NCBI GenBank assembly: GCA_965206345.1
Contig: OZ242211.1
Span: forward strand, 2,599,078 to 2,663,077
DNA length: 64,000 bases
Source: Arenicellales bacterium
GTDB taxonomy: Bacteria; Pseudomonadota; Gammaproteobacteria; Arenicellales; JAJDZL01
Reading direction: 5' to 3'
Part shown: in pieces, positions 44,350 to 55,771 of the stretch
Position numbering within the stretch: position 1 is the first letter of the stretch
Layout: each line of letters starts with the position of its first letter
Notes under the pieces: model-generated
Told to the model about the DNA's origin: nothing
The model's input: only the letters and a program-made list of their open reading frames with translations
Databases searched by the model: none
Position numbers and translations under genes: made by a program

Positions 44350-45981
44350 CTACATATTCGGGTAGTTCGGGCCACCGCCGCCTTCGGGCACAACCCAGTT
44401 GATGTTTTGAGTTATATCCTTGATGTCGCATGTTTTACAGTGCACACAATTTTGCGCATTAATCACAAGTCGAGGTTCTTCATCCTGATCTCGGATGATC
44501 TCATAAACTCCGGCTGGGCAGTAGTGCTGCTCAGGTGCGTCATAGTCCTTTAAATTAATCTCAATCGGCACCTGATCATTCTTGAGAGTCAGGTGAACGG
44601 GCTGGTTTTCCTCGTGATTCGTGTTCGACAAGAATACTGAAGAATTCCGGTCGAAGCTGATCTCACCATCGGGTTTTAGATATTCAATTTGCTTGCACTC
44701 GCTGGCTTTCTTGAGGCTCTTGTGGTCTTCATGATGATGAAAAGTCCAAGGAGCTCGTCCGCGGAACAAGTAAGTGTCAATTCCAGAGTACATCAGCCCC
44801 GCCCACATTCCTTTTTGAAACGATGGTCGAATATTTCTCGCTCTGTAAAGTTCATCCCAAAGCCATGTATTCTTGAGCCTATCCTCATAATCGGGCTGTT
44901 CACCAGGTGATTCTGACGTCAAGAATTCAAAGGTTGCTTCAGCAGCAGTCATGGCAGATTTCATTGCCGTGTGAGTGCCTTTAATTTTCGGAGTGTTCAA
45001 AAACCCGGCGCAATCGCCAATCAATGCACCACCTGGAAACGTTAATTTAGGTATGGATTGAAATCCACCTTCATTTAGTGCGCGTGCACCATAAGCAATA
45101 CGCCGTCCACCCTCTAGAATCGATTTGACTGTCGGATGATGTTTGAATCGCTGAAACTCTTCGAAAGGACTCAAGTGGGGATTCTGATAGTCGAGTCCGA
45201 CGACAAATCCGATTGCAACCTGATTGTCTTCCAGGTGGTACAAGAATGAGCCGCCGTACGTGCTACGATCCAAAGGCCACCCAATACTGTGCCAGACTGT
45301 ACCCTGTTTGTGCTTGCTTTCGTCGACTTCCCACAATTCCTTAATTCCGATCCCGAAAGTTTGCGGGTCAACATTTTCCCGAAGAGAGTAGCGTTCGAAT
45401 ATCGTTTTCGTTAGAGAACCTCGGCAACCCTCCGCAAAAAGAGTGTACTTTGCATGAAGTTCTGCACCTGGCATATACATTGCGGTGGGCTCGCCATCCC
45501 GACCAACACCCATGTCCCCAGATGCAACTCCCTTGACTTTTTCTCCATCGTACAAAACTTCCGATGCGGCATATCCAGGGAAAATATCAACTCCAATCTG
45601 CTCGGCTTGTTCCCCAAGCCAACGGCACAAATTGCCCAAGGAAATGATGTAATTCCCATGATTATTCATTTGTGGCGGAGTCGGCATACGAATGGCAGAC
45701 TTTTTTGTCAGTAAAACAAATTTGTCATCCGTTACCGGTGTGTTCAGAGGCGCACCCTTGTCTTTCCAGTCCGGAATAAGTTCATTGAGGGTGGTCGGCT
45801 GCAAAACCGCACCTGACAGGATATGTGCGCCAACTTCGGAACCCTTTTCAAGAATACAGACACTCAGATCCTTGCCATGTTCTTCACACAACTGACGAAG
45901 CCTGATACCTGCGGTCAAACCAGCTGGTCCAGCTCCAACAATGACAACGTCATATTCAAGTGAATCCCTTTCTACAGTCAT
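44350..45981 (-). CDS. Electron-transfer flavoprotein:ubiquinone oxidoreductase (ETF-QO)
   Basis: [17 protein letters not shown] fold and C-terminal 4Fe-4S region CPAGVYE...[15 protein letters not shown]. Confidence 0.9.
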   Translation of the reverse strand: MTVERDSLEYDVVIVGAGPAGLTAGIRLRQLCEEHGKDLSVCILEKGSEVGAHILSGAVLQPTTLNELIPDWKDKGAPLNTPVTDDKFVLLTKKSAIRMPTPPQMNNHGNYIISLGNLCRWLGEQAEQIGVDIFPGYAASEVLYDGEKVKGVASGDMGVGRDGEPTAMYMPGAELHAKYTLFAEGCRGSLTKTIFERYSLRENVDPQTFGIGIKELWEVDESKHKQGTVWHSIGWPLDRSTYGGSFLYHLEDNQVAIGFVVGLDYQNPHLSPFEEFQRFKHHPTVKSILEGGRRIAYGARALNEGGFQSIPKLTFPGGALIGDCAGFLNTPKIKGTHTAMKSAMTAAEATFEFLTSESPGEQPDYEDRLKNTWLWDELYRARNIRPSFQKGMWAGLMYSGIDTYLFRGRAPWTFHHHEDHKSLKKASECKQIEYLKPDGEISFDRNSSVFLSNTNHEENQPVHLTLKNDQVPIEINLKDYDAPEQHYCPAGVYEIIRDQDEEPRLVINAQNCVHCKTCDIKDITQNINWVVPEGGGGPNYPNM

Positions 45982-46119
45982 TTGGGTAAACTCATCAGGA
46001 AGTATGGAATAGGGCGGGTGGGTAGTGAATTGAATACAGATTCGATCATCTCAGTCGTAATGATTAAGCTAAATTCAATCCACCAAAAGTCGCGTGTATT
46101 TTATTCAAGATCAGTCAAT

Positions 46120-46743
46120 TTAATGCGGTGAAAAGACTTGAACCCGAATCTGTGTCGGATTGCCACTATTGCACGGATTGTTCACCTGAGGGCAATTGGA
46201 AATGACTGCCAAAACATTGGTTTCGGCGCGTAATTCTATATAGTCGCCCGCAACAGAGTTGCCGTCGACAAAAACTGATTGTTCTGTACTGCCATCTTCG
46301 TGAACAGGGACTGAACAGAAAAAGTTTATGTTTGGCACAATATCAGTCCAGCCCAACCCATGCTTAGATAGTGCGTCAAGAAAATTTTCCCGGCAGCCTG
46401 GAGCACTTGATACGCCGTACAACATCTCATTACTCCAACTTGAGCAGCAGCCAGCAATCGTATCGTGTCCACCGGGAGTGGTGTCCTCTACCACTGTCAT
46501 CAATGGATTGGCGTAATCCGAATAAAGGACAGATCCCTTGGTGATATGTATGCTTTGTGCGGCTTTGATTGTATTTGGTGCGTGATATCGCTCTTGTGGA
46601 TTATCAGCGTTGTAGCACAGGAAATCGACACCCTGCTGTCCTTCCAAGTCGGTTATCCTCAAAATTTGTAAGGGTCGAATGACCTTTTCCCAACCTTCGC
46701 CGGGCTTGACCAATTCATCTGTTAGAGGATCCAATTCCTGCAT
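46120..46743 (-). CDS. DUF1989 (urea-carboxylase-associated) family protein
   Basis: ILRITDLEGQQGVDFLCYNADNPQERY, GHDTIAGCCS, GDYIELRAETNVLAVISNCPQ. Confidence 0.8.
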   Translation of the reverse strand: MQELDPLTDELVKPGEGWEKVIRPLQILRITDLEGQQGVDFLCYNADNPQERYHAPNTIKAAQSIHITKGSVLYSDYANPLMTVVEDTTPGGHDTIAGCCSSWSNEMLYGVSSAPGCRENFLDALSKHGLGWTDIVPNINFFCSVPVHEDGSTEQSVFVDGNSVAGDYIELRAETNVLAVISNCPQVNNPCNSGNPTQIRVQVFSPH

Positions 46744-46971
46744 ACCGAACCTCTAAGTAGGTGTTTTGAACTAGCAACATGCATTATTATCAGCCTTCAA
46801 TTCAAGTATACACAAAATGAAGAATTTCAAATTTTTTACAGGTCAGATTGTCGCACGTTGAACAAAGAATCGGCTCAACTTCGAACTGTTTCGCGCGTGA
46901 AACTAATGCTTGTGCTGTATAAATCCCGTGTTCACCATTTTTGATTCCAAATTTCAACTGATGCGAGGTCA

Positions 46972-47739
46972 TTGATGAAAATTGAAGGTCATCCGGTTCT
47001 GGTGACCGGAGCAGCATCCGGGATGGGTGAAGCGACTGCACGCTTACTGGCGAGTCTCGGTGCGAAAGTCAGTATGCTGGATATCGATGAAGCGAAGATT
47101 CAATGGATTGCTGATCAAATTGGCGCATTGGCACTTCCGTGCGATGTAACGCAGGCAAGGAGTATGGAAGATGCTGTTGCCGAAGCAGAATCAACCCATG
47201 GAATTGCCAGAATATTAGTGAACTGTGCTGGAATCGCACCTGCTAAACGCATCGTCGGCCGCGATGGAGCAATGCCTCTGGAAGATTTTAAGCGGGTTAT
47301 TAATGTGAATCTCATTGGCACTTTCAATGCGATTCGAGTGATGGCCGCTGCACTAAGGAATGAAGCACCGCTCGATGAAGCAGGGGAGCGCGGGGTAATC
47401 GTAAACGTTGCTTCGGTTTCTGCATTTGAGGGTCAGATCGGGCAGGCAGCTTACAGTTCATCAAAAGGTGCCATCGTCGCACTAACTATCCAGGCAGCCA
47501 GAGAATTGTCGAGTGCCGGTATTCGCGTGATGACCATTGCTCCGGGTCTGATCGCTACACCAATGCTATTTGGGATGCCAGATGAGGTTCAACAGAGCCT
47601 AGCCAATCAGGTGCCGTTTCCTAAACGACTTGGAAGTCCGGATGAATTCGCGCAGCTTGTCAAACACATACTGGAAAACCAACTTCTAAACGGCGAAGTT
47701 ATTCGATTGGATGGTGCGATTCGCATGCAGCCTCGTTAA
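46972..47739 (+). CDS. SDR of the 3-hydroxyacyl-CoA dehydrogenase type II class
   Basis: VLVTGAASGMGEATARLL, NCAGIA, YSSSKGAIVALT. Confidence 0.8.
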   Translation: MMKIEGHPVLVTGAASGMGEATARLLASLGAKVSMLDIDEAKIQWIADQIGALALPCDVTQARSMEDAVAEAESTHGIARILVNCAGIAPAKRIVGRDGAMPLEDFKRVINVNLIGTFNAIRVMAAALRNEAPLDEAGERGVIVNVASVSAFEGQIGQAAYSSSKGAIVALTIQAARELSSAGIRVMTIAPGLIATPMLFGMPDEVQQSLANQVPFPKRLGSPDEFAQLVKHILENQLLNGEVIRLDGAIRMQPR

Positions 47740-47997
47740 TTGGAAAGATCCGATGCAAATCAATTGGCATGCCTTCCTACCAAATTATCATATGTGTGTG
47801 GATTAGATCGACAAACGATAATTTATTCATGAACCCTAAATGTTTTAACTGAGTCCAATACCGAATGAAAGTCTACTTAACCTGTATGTTCCATTCTAGC
47901 CAATAAAGGAATTAGCGCTGTCTGGTAGGCGATGCTTGTTTCACTTAGCAATTTGTATTAAATTCATACTAAATTAACCTCTACTGGGAACGACCTA

Positions 47998-49458
47998 ATG
48001 GCTAATACAACCCCAATCGCTGATAAAAATTCTGAAAATACTTCACCACTGAGCATGACTCGCGAAGAAATGCTCAATCTGTCAAATAAGGCGTCAGAAA
48101 TTTTGGTAGACCACAACCTGAACTATGCGTCGCAAGATGCCTGGGATGGTGAATTCAGTGATGGTTTAGCTAAAATTTTTATGACCGATCCTCCTGAAGA
48201 TGGTCAAATCATCGATGTAGTATTGGAACAGGCGATCCAAAATATTTTTCCTAACGAATTGAATCTTGCCCATCCAAAGTGTTTTGGGTTTGTTTCTTCT
48301 TCACCAACTTGGCCAAGTGTAATCGCTGACTTCTTGGCTTCAGGGATGAACTCGAATGTTTGTACGTGGCTAGTAGCTAGCGGTCCGAGTCAAATCGAGC
48401 TGACTGTAATTGAATGGATCAGACAGTGGCTTGGTTATCCAGACACGGCAGGTGGGCTTCTGACCAGCGGAAGTTCTGCAGCAACCGTCGAAGCATTCGT
48501 TGCTGCTAGAGAATATGCCGATAATCCGTCGCGGGCAACTGTTTATATGAGTGATCAAACTCATCAATCAATCATTCGCGCGGCTCGTGTGATTGGAATC
48601 TCAGCTGAGAACATCAAGAAAATTCCCAGCGATGATAAACAAACGATCGATATTGACAAGTTGGCCGAGACGGTTGCTGCAGATGTCGAAAACGGATTTC
48701 AGCCTGTGCTAGTAAGTGCCAATGCAGGTACTACATCGACGGGTGCAATCGATTCATTAGATTGGATTGCCGACTTTTGCGAGTCACAGAATTTATGGTT
48801 TCATGTTGATGCCGCGTATGGAGGTTTCGCCTGTATTACAAAGCGAGGCAAAGAGCTCCTGAAAGGGATTGAACGCGCTGATTCAATCACGCTGGATGCT
48901 CACAAATGGTTGTTCCAGCCTTATGAAGTTGGATGCCTGATTGTCAAGGACTTACAGAGTCTGGAAAGTGTTTACAGCATGCGTTCTGATGTTCTCCAGG
49001 ATACGGTTTGGGGTAAAGATCACCCGAATTTAGCCAACCGCGGTGTACAGTTAAGTCGAACGTTTCGAGCGTTCAAGATTTGGATGTCGGTTCAATTTTT
49101 TGGGATGAAAGCGTTTAGAGACTCAATTGAGCAATGTTTCGCACTAGCAGAAAAAGCACAGCATTGCGTTCAAAGTAGTTCCAGCCTGCAGCTCCTCAGC
49201 CCCGTTGTATTGAGTGTTGTGTGTTTTCGATTCAATCCTGAGAATTTAAACTTAAGTGAATCTGAAATTGAAAAAATTAACCGTAGTATTCTGGTTCGTG
49301 TGTTCTGGGACGATCATGCATTTATGTCGTCGACGATGGTAGGCGGAAAGTTCGCCTTACGAATTTGCATTGTTAACTTCACTACCGCATGGGAAGATGT
49401 AAAGGAAACCTTGGATGCAGTCGAAGCGTTTGGAACGGAAGTGCTGGAGTCAAATTGA
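47998..49458 (+). CDS. Second group II PLP-dependent decarboxylase (divergent paralogue type)
   Basis: HPKCFGFVSSSPT, FHVDAAYGGFA, PLP-lysine block LDAHKWLFQPYEVG. Confidence 0.8.
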   Translation: MANTTPIADKNSENTSPLSMTREEMLNLSNKASEILVDHNLNYASQDAWDGEFSDGLAKIFMTDPPEDGQIIDVVLEQAIQNIFPNELNLAHPKCFGFVSSSPTWPSVIADFLASGMNSNVCTWLVASGPSQIELTVIEWIRQWLGYPDTAGGLLTSGSSAATVEAFVAAREYADNPSRATVYMSDQTHQSIIRAARVIGISAENIKKIPSDDKQTIDIDKLAETVAADVENGFQPVLVSANAGTTSTGAIDSLDWIADFCESQNLWFHVDAAYGGFACITKRGKELLKGIERADSITLDAHKWLFQPYEVGCLIVKDLQSLESVYSMRSDVLQDTVWGKDHPNLANRGVQLSRTFRAFKIWMSVQFFGMKAFRDSIEQCFALAEKAQHCVQSSSSLQLLSPVVLSVVCFRFNPENLNLSESEIEKINRSILVRVFWDDHAFMSSTMVGGKFALRICIVNFTTAWEDVKETLDAVEAFGTEVLESN

Positions 49459-49696
49459 TTCGTTGGCAACAGTAAAATATTTCGTGGTTCAGATCCACTG
49501 GTTTGTTGCCAGGCGAAAAATATGTTGAGTTATGCTGACGAATCTGAACCTGTTATCTGCAAGAGTCCATCGATGAGTTCGTGTTCTGTTTCAATCGCCG
49601 AATTTGGGAATATCAGTTGCTAGTAAGGAAGAATCAGGTAACCATAGACCACGTTCCTATTCGACATCCCTAAACTCAATCAAATTTAGAGTAATG

Positions 49697-50308
49697 TCAA
49701 TTGATTTGCTTCAGGCGGGCCATTGAGGCGCTGTCGAATAAGTCTGGATTTTCAAGGTAATCCAGCAAAATCTCGAAAGAGTCCAGCCCCCAGAACATCT
49801 CACCGTTGACGGAAATTGAAGGCACACCAAAAATACCTTGTTCGGTAGCCTTTTGAGTGTTAGAGATTAGTGCTGACTTGACTTCAGCATCATTGATCAA
49901 ATCATCTGCATCAGGAATTCCAATCGAACGCCAAATTGCCTGTCGCCCAGTATCGGTCGCCGGATTATCCTCGCTGGTCCAAATGGCTCGAAATATTGAT
50001 GTGACTAACTCGGGGTTATTGTCTTTCGCGATTGAGAGACGCAGATAAGGTAAAGGATTGAAAGGGTGTGTATCCGGTATCCTGAAGGGCAATTCGAGTT
50101 TATTCGCCAGCCAGGTGGTGTGACGATAAGTGAATATTTTCTTTTGGTCGATTTCAACGGGTCCCAAATTCCCCCAGTGCTTGAGCAGCCCGGCAAAAAG
50201 AACTGGAATGTAGTTCAACTCAACCGTTTTTGGAAGCCGATGAAGCTGTTCGTGTAGCAGGTAGGAAAACGGCGAGATGAAGTCGTAATAGTAATCCAAC
50301 TTTGTCAT
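49697..50308 (-). CDS. DsbA-fold 2-hydroxychromene-2-carboxylate isomerase family protein
   Basis: N-terminal LDYYYDFISPFSY, GIFGVPSISVNGEMFWG. Confidence 0.8.
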   Translation of the reverse strand: MTKLDYYYDFISPFSYLLHEQLHRLPKTVELNYIPVLFAGLLKHWGNLGPVEIDQKKIFTYRHTTWLANKLELPFRIPDTHPFNPLPYLRLSIAKDNNPELVTSIFRAIWTSEDNPATDTGRQAIWRSIGIPDADDLINDAEVKSALISNTQKATEQGIFGVPSISVNGEMFWGLDSFEILLDYLENPDLFDSASMARLKQIN

Positions 50309-51960
50309 GACGCATTGTTCCTAGCGAGTAGTTCTGCACGTTCGCGCAAGCGGAATTTTTGAACCTTTCCGGTCGAGGTTTTCGGAAGTTGGCCGAACAC
50401 GATCTTTTTTGGTGCCTTATAGCGAGCCATATTTTCCTTGCAAAACTGAATTAAGTCAGCTTCACTTGGCTGCGGCGAGTGTTGTGGTTTCAAGCTTACA
50501 AACGCGCACGGGATTTCACCCCATTTTTCGTCAGCCTGCGCCACCACTGCTGCTTCCATCACCGCTGGATGTCGAAACAGGGTATCTTCGACCTCAATTG
50601 ATGAAATGTTTTCACCACCAGAAATGATGATGTCCTTTGATCGGTCCTTGAGTTGAATGTAGTGATCCGGATGCATCACGCCAAGATCTCCGGAATGAAA
50701 CCAGCCGCCTTCAAATGCTTCTTTCGTTGCATTCGGGTTTTTCAGATAGCCTTTCATTACGATATTGCCGCGAAACATGGTTTCTCCCATAGTGGCGCCA
50801 TCCGCTTTTACCGCTGACATCGAATTTGGGTCCATGATGTCAAGACCGGCTAGCGCTAGGTAAGGTACACCTTGGCGAGATTTGAGCTCTGCCCGTTTTG
50901 CACTGTCGTGCTCATCCCACTCCCGGTGCCACTCGCAAATTACCGCAGGCCCATAGGTCTCAGTCAGACCATAAACATGCGTCATGAAAAATCCGTTTTG
51001 CTCCATCTTTTCGAGAACGACCGCAGGTGGTGGGGCGGCTGCGGTCATGACTTCAACAGGATGATCGAATGACTTGCGCTCGTTCTCACTGGCGTTGACG
51101 ACCATGTTGAGCACAACTGGTGCACCGCAAAAGTGAGAGACCTTGTATTCAGCTATCGCATCAAAGATTGTTTTCGCCTCAACTCGACGCAGACAGACAT
51201 TGGTACCGCCAAGTAACGCGATGGTCCAGGGAAAACACCAGCCATTGCAATGAAACATTGGCAGCGTCCAAAGATAGATTGGGTGCGGTCGCATCTTCCA
51301 ATTAAGTGCATTGCTTAGTGCATTCAGATATGCACCTCGGTAGTGATAAACAACACCCTTGGGGTTGCCCGTTGTTCCGGAGGTGTAGTTGAGTGAGATT
51401 GCATCCCACTCTGATTCGGGATGCTGAACAGGAATAAAATCAGATTTGGCTTGACTTATGAAGGTCTCATAGTCCATACTACCCACTTTTGAGCCATGTT
51501 GCACCGCATCATCAAGAATGTCGATTGCTGTAATATCCCGATTGAGTTTACTTAGTGCGGCACCAACAACATCTGAAAATTCGCTGTCTGCAATCAGTAC
51601 TTTTGATTCTGCATGTTCAAGGATAAATGCGATCGTGTCTGCGTCCAGACGTACATTGATTGTGTTCAGCACCGCACCCGTCATTGGCACACCGAAGTGG
51701 GCTTCATACATCGGGGGTATATTCGGTGCAATAATGGAAACTGTATCGTTGCGTTTTACCCCTAACTCAGTTAATGCGGATGCCAGCTGCTGACAGCGCC
51801 TGTAAGTATCCTTCCACTTATAGTGTTGATCACCGTGAATCAGCGAGATGCGGTCGGGAAATATGCGCGCACTTCTTTCCAGAAAACCCAATGGGGACAA
51901 CGGCACGTAGTTTGCCAGGTTTTTATCTAAACCAGATTCGTATGGATTATTGCTTTGCAT
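50305..51960 (-). CDS. Medium/short-chain acyl-CoA synthetase (AAE7/DmdB-like class)
   Basis: NYVPLSPLGFLERSA, YTSGTTGNPKGVVYHYRG, WFHSGDLG, LKDRSKDIIISGGENISS, PKTSTGKVQK. 4-nt overlap with the downstream isomerase gene. Confidence 0.85.
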   Translation of the reverse strand: MQSNNPYESGLDKNLANYVPLSPLGFLERSARIFPDRISLIHGDQHYKWKDTYRRCQQLASALTELGVKRNDTVSIIAPNIPPMYEAHFGVPMTGAVLNTINVRLDADTIAFILEHAESKVLIADSEFSDVVGAALSKLNRDITAIDILDDAVQHGSKVGSMDYETFISQAKSDFIPVQHPESEWDAISLNYTSGTTGNPKGVVYHYRGAYLNALSNALNWKMRPHPIYLWTLPMFHCNGWCFPWTIALLGGTNVCLRRVEAKTIFDAIAEYKVSHFCGAPVVLNMVVNASENERKSFDHPVEVMTAAAPPPAVVLEKMEQNGFFMTHVYGLTETYGPAVICEWHREWDEHDSAKRAELKSRQGVPYLALAGLDIMDPNSMSAVKADGATMGETMFRGNIVMKGYLKNPNATKEAFEGGWFHSGDLGVMHPDHYIQLKDRSKDIIISGGENISSIEVEDTLFRHPAVMEAAVVAQADEKWGEIPCAFVSLKPQHSPQPSEADLIQFCKENMARYKAPKKIVFGQLPKTSTGKVQKFRLRERAELLARNNAS

Positions 51961-52071
51961 CGGTTGTTCAAGGCACTGTTTTTTGAATGAATTTGAATTA
52001 TATTCAATTGGAATACCTGACTACTTTAACAGGATAAAATATAATATTTATAAATAGTTACGAGGAATCAA

Positions 52072-52542
52072 ATGAGTGAATCACGCAAAGACGTTGAACT
52101 GCATGGGTATTACTTTGAGGATTTGAAAATCGGAATGACTGCAGCTTATGGTAAGACTTTAACCGATGCCGATGTATTGATGTTTACCGGAGTGTCTGGC
52201 GATACGAATCCTTTGCATCAGAATCGCGAGTTTGCCAGTAAAACTGCATTCGGTGAACCAATTGTTCACGGAATGCTGACCGCGAGCTTGATCTCGACAT
52301 TGATTGGCACTCGTCTTCCAGGCCCTGGTTGTATTTACATGGATCAAAGTCTTAAGTTTACGGTTCCAGTAAGAGTAGGTGATACCGTAACCGCAAATGT
52401 AGTGGTTGTAGAATTAGACAGTGAACGACCATATGCCATACTTGATACGACCTGTACCGTTGATGGGGAAGTGGTACTGATTGGTCAGGCCAAAGTCAAA
52501 GTGCCAAGGAGAACGAATGGCTCTGCTAACGGATCTGCCTGA
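52072..52542 (+). CDS. MaoC-like (R)-specific enoyl-CoA hydratase (PhaJ-type)
   Basis: FTGVSGDTNPLHQN, IVHGMLTASL. Hot-dog fold length (156 aa). Confidence 0.8.
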   Translation: MSESRKDVELHGYYFEDLKIGMTAAYGKTLTDADVLMFTGVSGDTNPLHQNREFASKTAFGEPIVHGMLTASLISTLIGTRLPGPGCIYMDQSLKFTVPVRVGDTVTANVVVVELDSERPYAILDTTCTVDGEVVLIGQAKVKVPRRTNGSANGSA

Positions 52543-52618
52543 GAGACTTCCATCGAAATCACACATGATGTAGAAGCGTCATTTGATAATGCAGTGCAAT
52601 AAAATAAGAGACTAGTTT

Positions 52619-54421
52619 ATGCAGGAACAACTTTCAGAAAAGAATACTGACTTCAGCCCCGCACATTTGCTGTCGGAGTTCAATCAACAGTATTCTCGGG
52701 TCATGAATTCGTTGATGATCACTCCGCCGTCCGCTGATGTTTCTCAATTTTCAATTCGTCTCGGCACATTATTTGCAAAAGTTGCATTAAATAATGCGAA
52801 TGACCTGAATAACCTGTTGCAGGTGCAGTTGAAAGCACTTTCAAAGTACGCTGCGCTGGGTGACTACATCATCAAAAAGACGCAAGGTATAGATGTAGTT
52901 CCTGCGATTCAACCTAAATCTGATGACGGCCGATTCAGGTCATCAGAGTGGCATGCCGATGTGAACAATCCAGAAACGTCTAATACGACTCTATGGTTTG
53001 ATGCGTTAAAACAATCCTATCTCATTGGCTCGGAATATCTGCAAGGCTTTTTCCAACAAACCGATGGATTGACCAGTGAGGAAAAGAGAAAGCTTGATTT
53101 TTATTCCGACCAGGTTGTGAATGCTTTCGCCCCGACCAATTTCTTGCAGACCAATCCCGATGTGCTGAAAGCCACGCGTGAATCGAAGGGCGAAAATCTG
53201 CTGAACGGGCTTCGAAATCTGGCAGATGATTTGGAAGCTGGAAAAAGCGTCAAAATGGTTGATGATGACGCGTTCGAACTCGGGCGCAACATCGCAGTCA
53301 CTCCCGGTAAAGTAATTGCCCGCAACCGCATGGCCGAACTCATTCAGTATGCACCATCCACTGAGACGGTGTACTCAAGACCGGTCATGATCATTCCGCC
53401 GTGGATTAACAAGTTTTACATTCTCGATTTATCCCCGAAAAATTCTTATATCAATTGGCTTGTAGGGCAGGGTTACACAGTCTTTGTTATTTCCTGGGTG
53501 AATCCTGACGAAAGCTATAGTGAAACTACATTTGACGATTACTTGAAAGATGGTCCGCTTTGGGCGATGGATGTGATTCAGTCCATCACAGGCCAGAACA
53601 AGATTAATGCGATTGGTTATTGCCTGGGTGGTACTTTATTGGCAACACTGCTCGGATACCTGGCAAGTCAGTCTGAAATGTCCGTTGACATTTGCAGTGC
53701 AACTTTTTTCACCACTATGATTGACTTCGGGGACCCAGGTGATCTTGGTGTGTTCGTTGACGAAGAAAGTGTCAGTAAACTTGAGACGAAAATGCAGGCT
53801 ACCGGTTTTCTGGATGGCAAGTCAATGGCCTCGACATTTAACATGATGCGTTCCAATGATCTGATCTGGCATTTTGTTATCAATAACTACCTTCTTGGCA
53901 AACCACCGGCACAGTTTGATCTCTTGTACTGGAATTCCGATTCGACTCGATTACCGTCCGCAATGCACAGCTACTATCTGAGAAAGATGTATCTGGAAAA
54001 CAGACTAGCACAGCCTGATGGTATCAGCGTCCTGAATACGCCAATCGATCTTTCGAAAGTAAATCTACCAACGACTTTCGTTTCCACCGAACTCGATCAC
54101 ATCGCACCATGGCGTTCGACGTACAGCGGAGCAAATTTGTTTTCAGGCAAGGTTCAGTTCATTCTCGGACAATCCGGACACATTGCCGGTATCATCAATC
54201 CACCGTCGAAAAACAAATACGGTTTCTGGACCAGTACCAAAGAACTACCGGTTTCAGTCGACGAATGGCTTGAATCGGCGACCTCGAACGATGGCTCGTG
54301 GTGGCCAAAGTGGGAAAAGTGGATCAAGCGCTATAGCGGTAAGAAAGTTCCTGCTCGTGAACCCGGAAGTGATTTGTACACGCCACTGGCAGATGCACCT
54401 GGCACGTATGTCAACTTGTGA
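52619..54421 (+). CDS. phaC: Class I poly(3-hydroxyalkanoate) synthase
   Basis: 600 aa, with PPWINKFYILDL, lipase box GYCLGG and DHIAPW. Confidence 0.9.
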   Translation: MQEQLSEKNTDFSPAHLLSEFNQQYSRVMNSLMITPPSADVSQFSIRLGTLFAKVALNNANDLNNLLQVQLKALSKYAALGDYIIKKTQGIDVVPAIQPKSDDGRFRSSEWHADVNNPETSNTTLWFDALKQSYLIGSEYLQGFFQQTDGLTSEEKRKLDFYSDQVVNAFAPTNFLQTNPDVLKATRESKGENLLNGLRNLADDLEAGKSVKMVDDDAFELGRNIAVTPGKVIARNRMAELIQYAPSTETVYSRPVMIIPPWINKFYILDLSPKNSYINWLVGQGYTVFVISWVNPDESYSETTFDDYLKDGPLWAMDVIQSITGQNKINAIGYCLGGTLLATLLGYLASQSEMSVDICSATFFTTMIDFGDPGDLGVFVDEESVSKLETKMQATGFLDGKSMASTFNMMRSNDLIWHFVINNYLLGKPPAQFDLLYWNSDSTRLPSAMHSYYLRKMYLENRLAQPDGISVLNTPIDLSKVNLPTTFVSTELDHIAPWRSTYSGANLFSGKVQFILGQSGHIAGIINPPSKNKYGFWTSTKELPVSVDEWLESATSNDGSWWPKWEKWIKRYSGKKVPAREPGSDLYTPLADAPGTYVNL

Positions 54422-54448
54422 GTCGGTCGTACAATTAGTTAGGGAAGA

Positions 54449-55252
54449 TCAGGACCAGTCAGGCTTGCGTTTTTCGACAAATGCGCTTATGCCTTCTGCG
54501 GCTGACGGAAAGCCCAGATTGCAGACCATGCGCTCGCTGGCAACTTTATAGGCATCTTCCAGTTGTTGGTCAATTTGATCGTAGAATAGCCGTTTTCCGA
54601 GCGCAATCACTTCTCTGGGTTTGACTGCGATGCTTTGGGCAAATTTCAATGCTGCATCTTCCAATTCTTTGGATTCGGCCAGTCGGTTGACTAGACCCTT
54701 TTCCAAAGCGGTCTGTGCGTCAATAAAGTCGCCGGTTAAAAGCATTTCCAGGGCAGTCTTGCGGGAAACATTTCGGCTTAGCGCGACTCCAGGGGTAGAA
54801 CAGAAAAGTCCAAGATTGATGCCGGATACGGCAAACTTGGATTCTGTCGATGCAATTGCGAGGTCACAGTTTGCAACCAGCTGACAGCCTGCAGCGGTGG
54901 CAATTCCCTGTACCTGAGCAATCACCGGTTGCGGCAGCCGATTAATGGTAACCATCATCCGACTGCATTCAGCCAGCAGAGTTTCGGCGAATTCAGAATC
55001 TGAGTGACTGAGCATTTCATTGAGGTCATGTCCTGCGGAAAAGGCTTTTCCTTTTGCTGCGAGTATGACGACCCGAATGGACTCATCGCTGGCGATCTCG
55101 TCAAAAGTTGACTGCAGCTGAGCGATCATGTCCCGCGACAGGGGGTTATATTTCTGAGGTCGGTTAAGCGTGATTCGGGTGACCGATTCAAAATCTTCGC
55201 GATATAGTAGCGGTTCAATTGATGTGGAAAGGTCTGTCGCTAATTGACTCAT
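54449..55252 (-). CDS. Enoyl-CoA hydratase/isomerase (crotonase) family protein
   Basis: VVILAAKGKAFSAGHDLNEM, QGIATAAGCQLVANCDLAIAS. Confidence 0.85.
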   Translation of the reverse strand: MSQLATDLSTSIEPLLYREDFESVTRITLNRPQKYNPLSRDMIAQLQSTFDEIASDESIRVVILAAKGKAFSAGHDLNEMLSHSDSEFAETLLAECSRMMVTINRLPQPVIAQVQGIATAAGCQLVANCDLAIASTESKFAVSGINLGLFCSTPGVALSRNVSRKTALEMLLTGDFIDAQTALEKGLVNRLAESKELEDAALKFAQSIAVKPREVIALGKRLFYDQIDQQLEDAYKVASERMVCNLGFPSAAEGISAFVEKRKPDWS

Positions 55253-55328
55253 GACTTGTTCTCGGTTGAGACGACGATTTCTATAATTTTAAGCCCAATT
55301 GGTTTTTCACTGCAAGTTTGAAAGTTCG

Positions 55329-55757
55329 ATGTCTACAATCACGCTAGAAGAGTTTAGCCGCATCGCTCACAAGGAGCTGCCGTTGTTGGACGTGCTTGGC
55401 TTTAGTGTGGAACGTTTTGAGCATGGAGAATGCACGGTTCGCGCGAATTACAAAGAGGACTTTCTGCGTCCTGGTGGTACTGTATCTGGACCAATTATGA
55501 TGGCCTTGGCCGATTTTGCCATGTGGGGTGCAATCATGAGTCGTGCGGGACGAGTTCAGATGGCAGTAACTTCAAACCTTAACATCAATTTTCTGGTTCG
55601 ACCGGAACCGGGCGACATTGTTGCAGAAGCGAAGGTTATCAAGCTGGGCAAACGTCTTGCAGTCGGTGCTGTTGAGCTCTTTGGCAACGACCAGCAGAGT
55701 GCTTTGGTTGCCCATGTAACCTGCACTTATTCTTTGCCCCCACAACTCAACAACTAA
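55329..55757 (+). CDS. PaaI/4HBT-type hot-dog thioesterase
   Basis: ECTVRANYKEDFLRPGGTVSGPIMMALAD...VIKLGKRLAVG. The ATG at 55329 is preferred over the TTG at 55299. Confidence 0.7.
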   Translation: MSTITLEEFSRIAHKELPLLDVLGFSVERFEHGECTVRANYKEDFLRPGGTVSGPIMMALADFAMWGAIMSRAGRVQMAVTSNLNINFLVRPEPGDIVAEAKVIKLGKRLAVGAVELFGNDQQSALVAHVTCTYSLPPQLNN

Positions 55758-55771
55758 GGAGGAGATTCAGA

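Noticed and set aside
22936-55252. Calling a complete DMSP demethylation (dmdABCD) pathway.
   Set aside because: No DmdA-type aminomethyltransferase is present. The ACAD, ligase and crotonase classes are shared with general beta-oxidation. Only a hedged hypothesis is retained.
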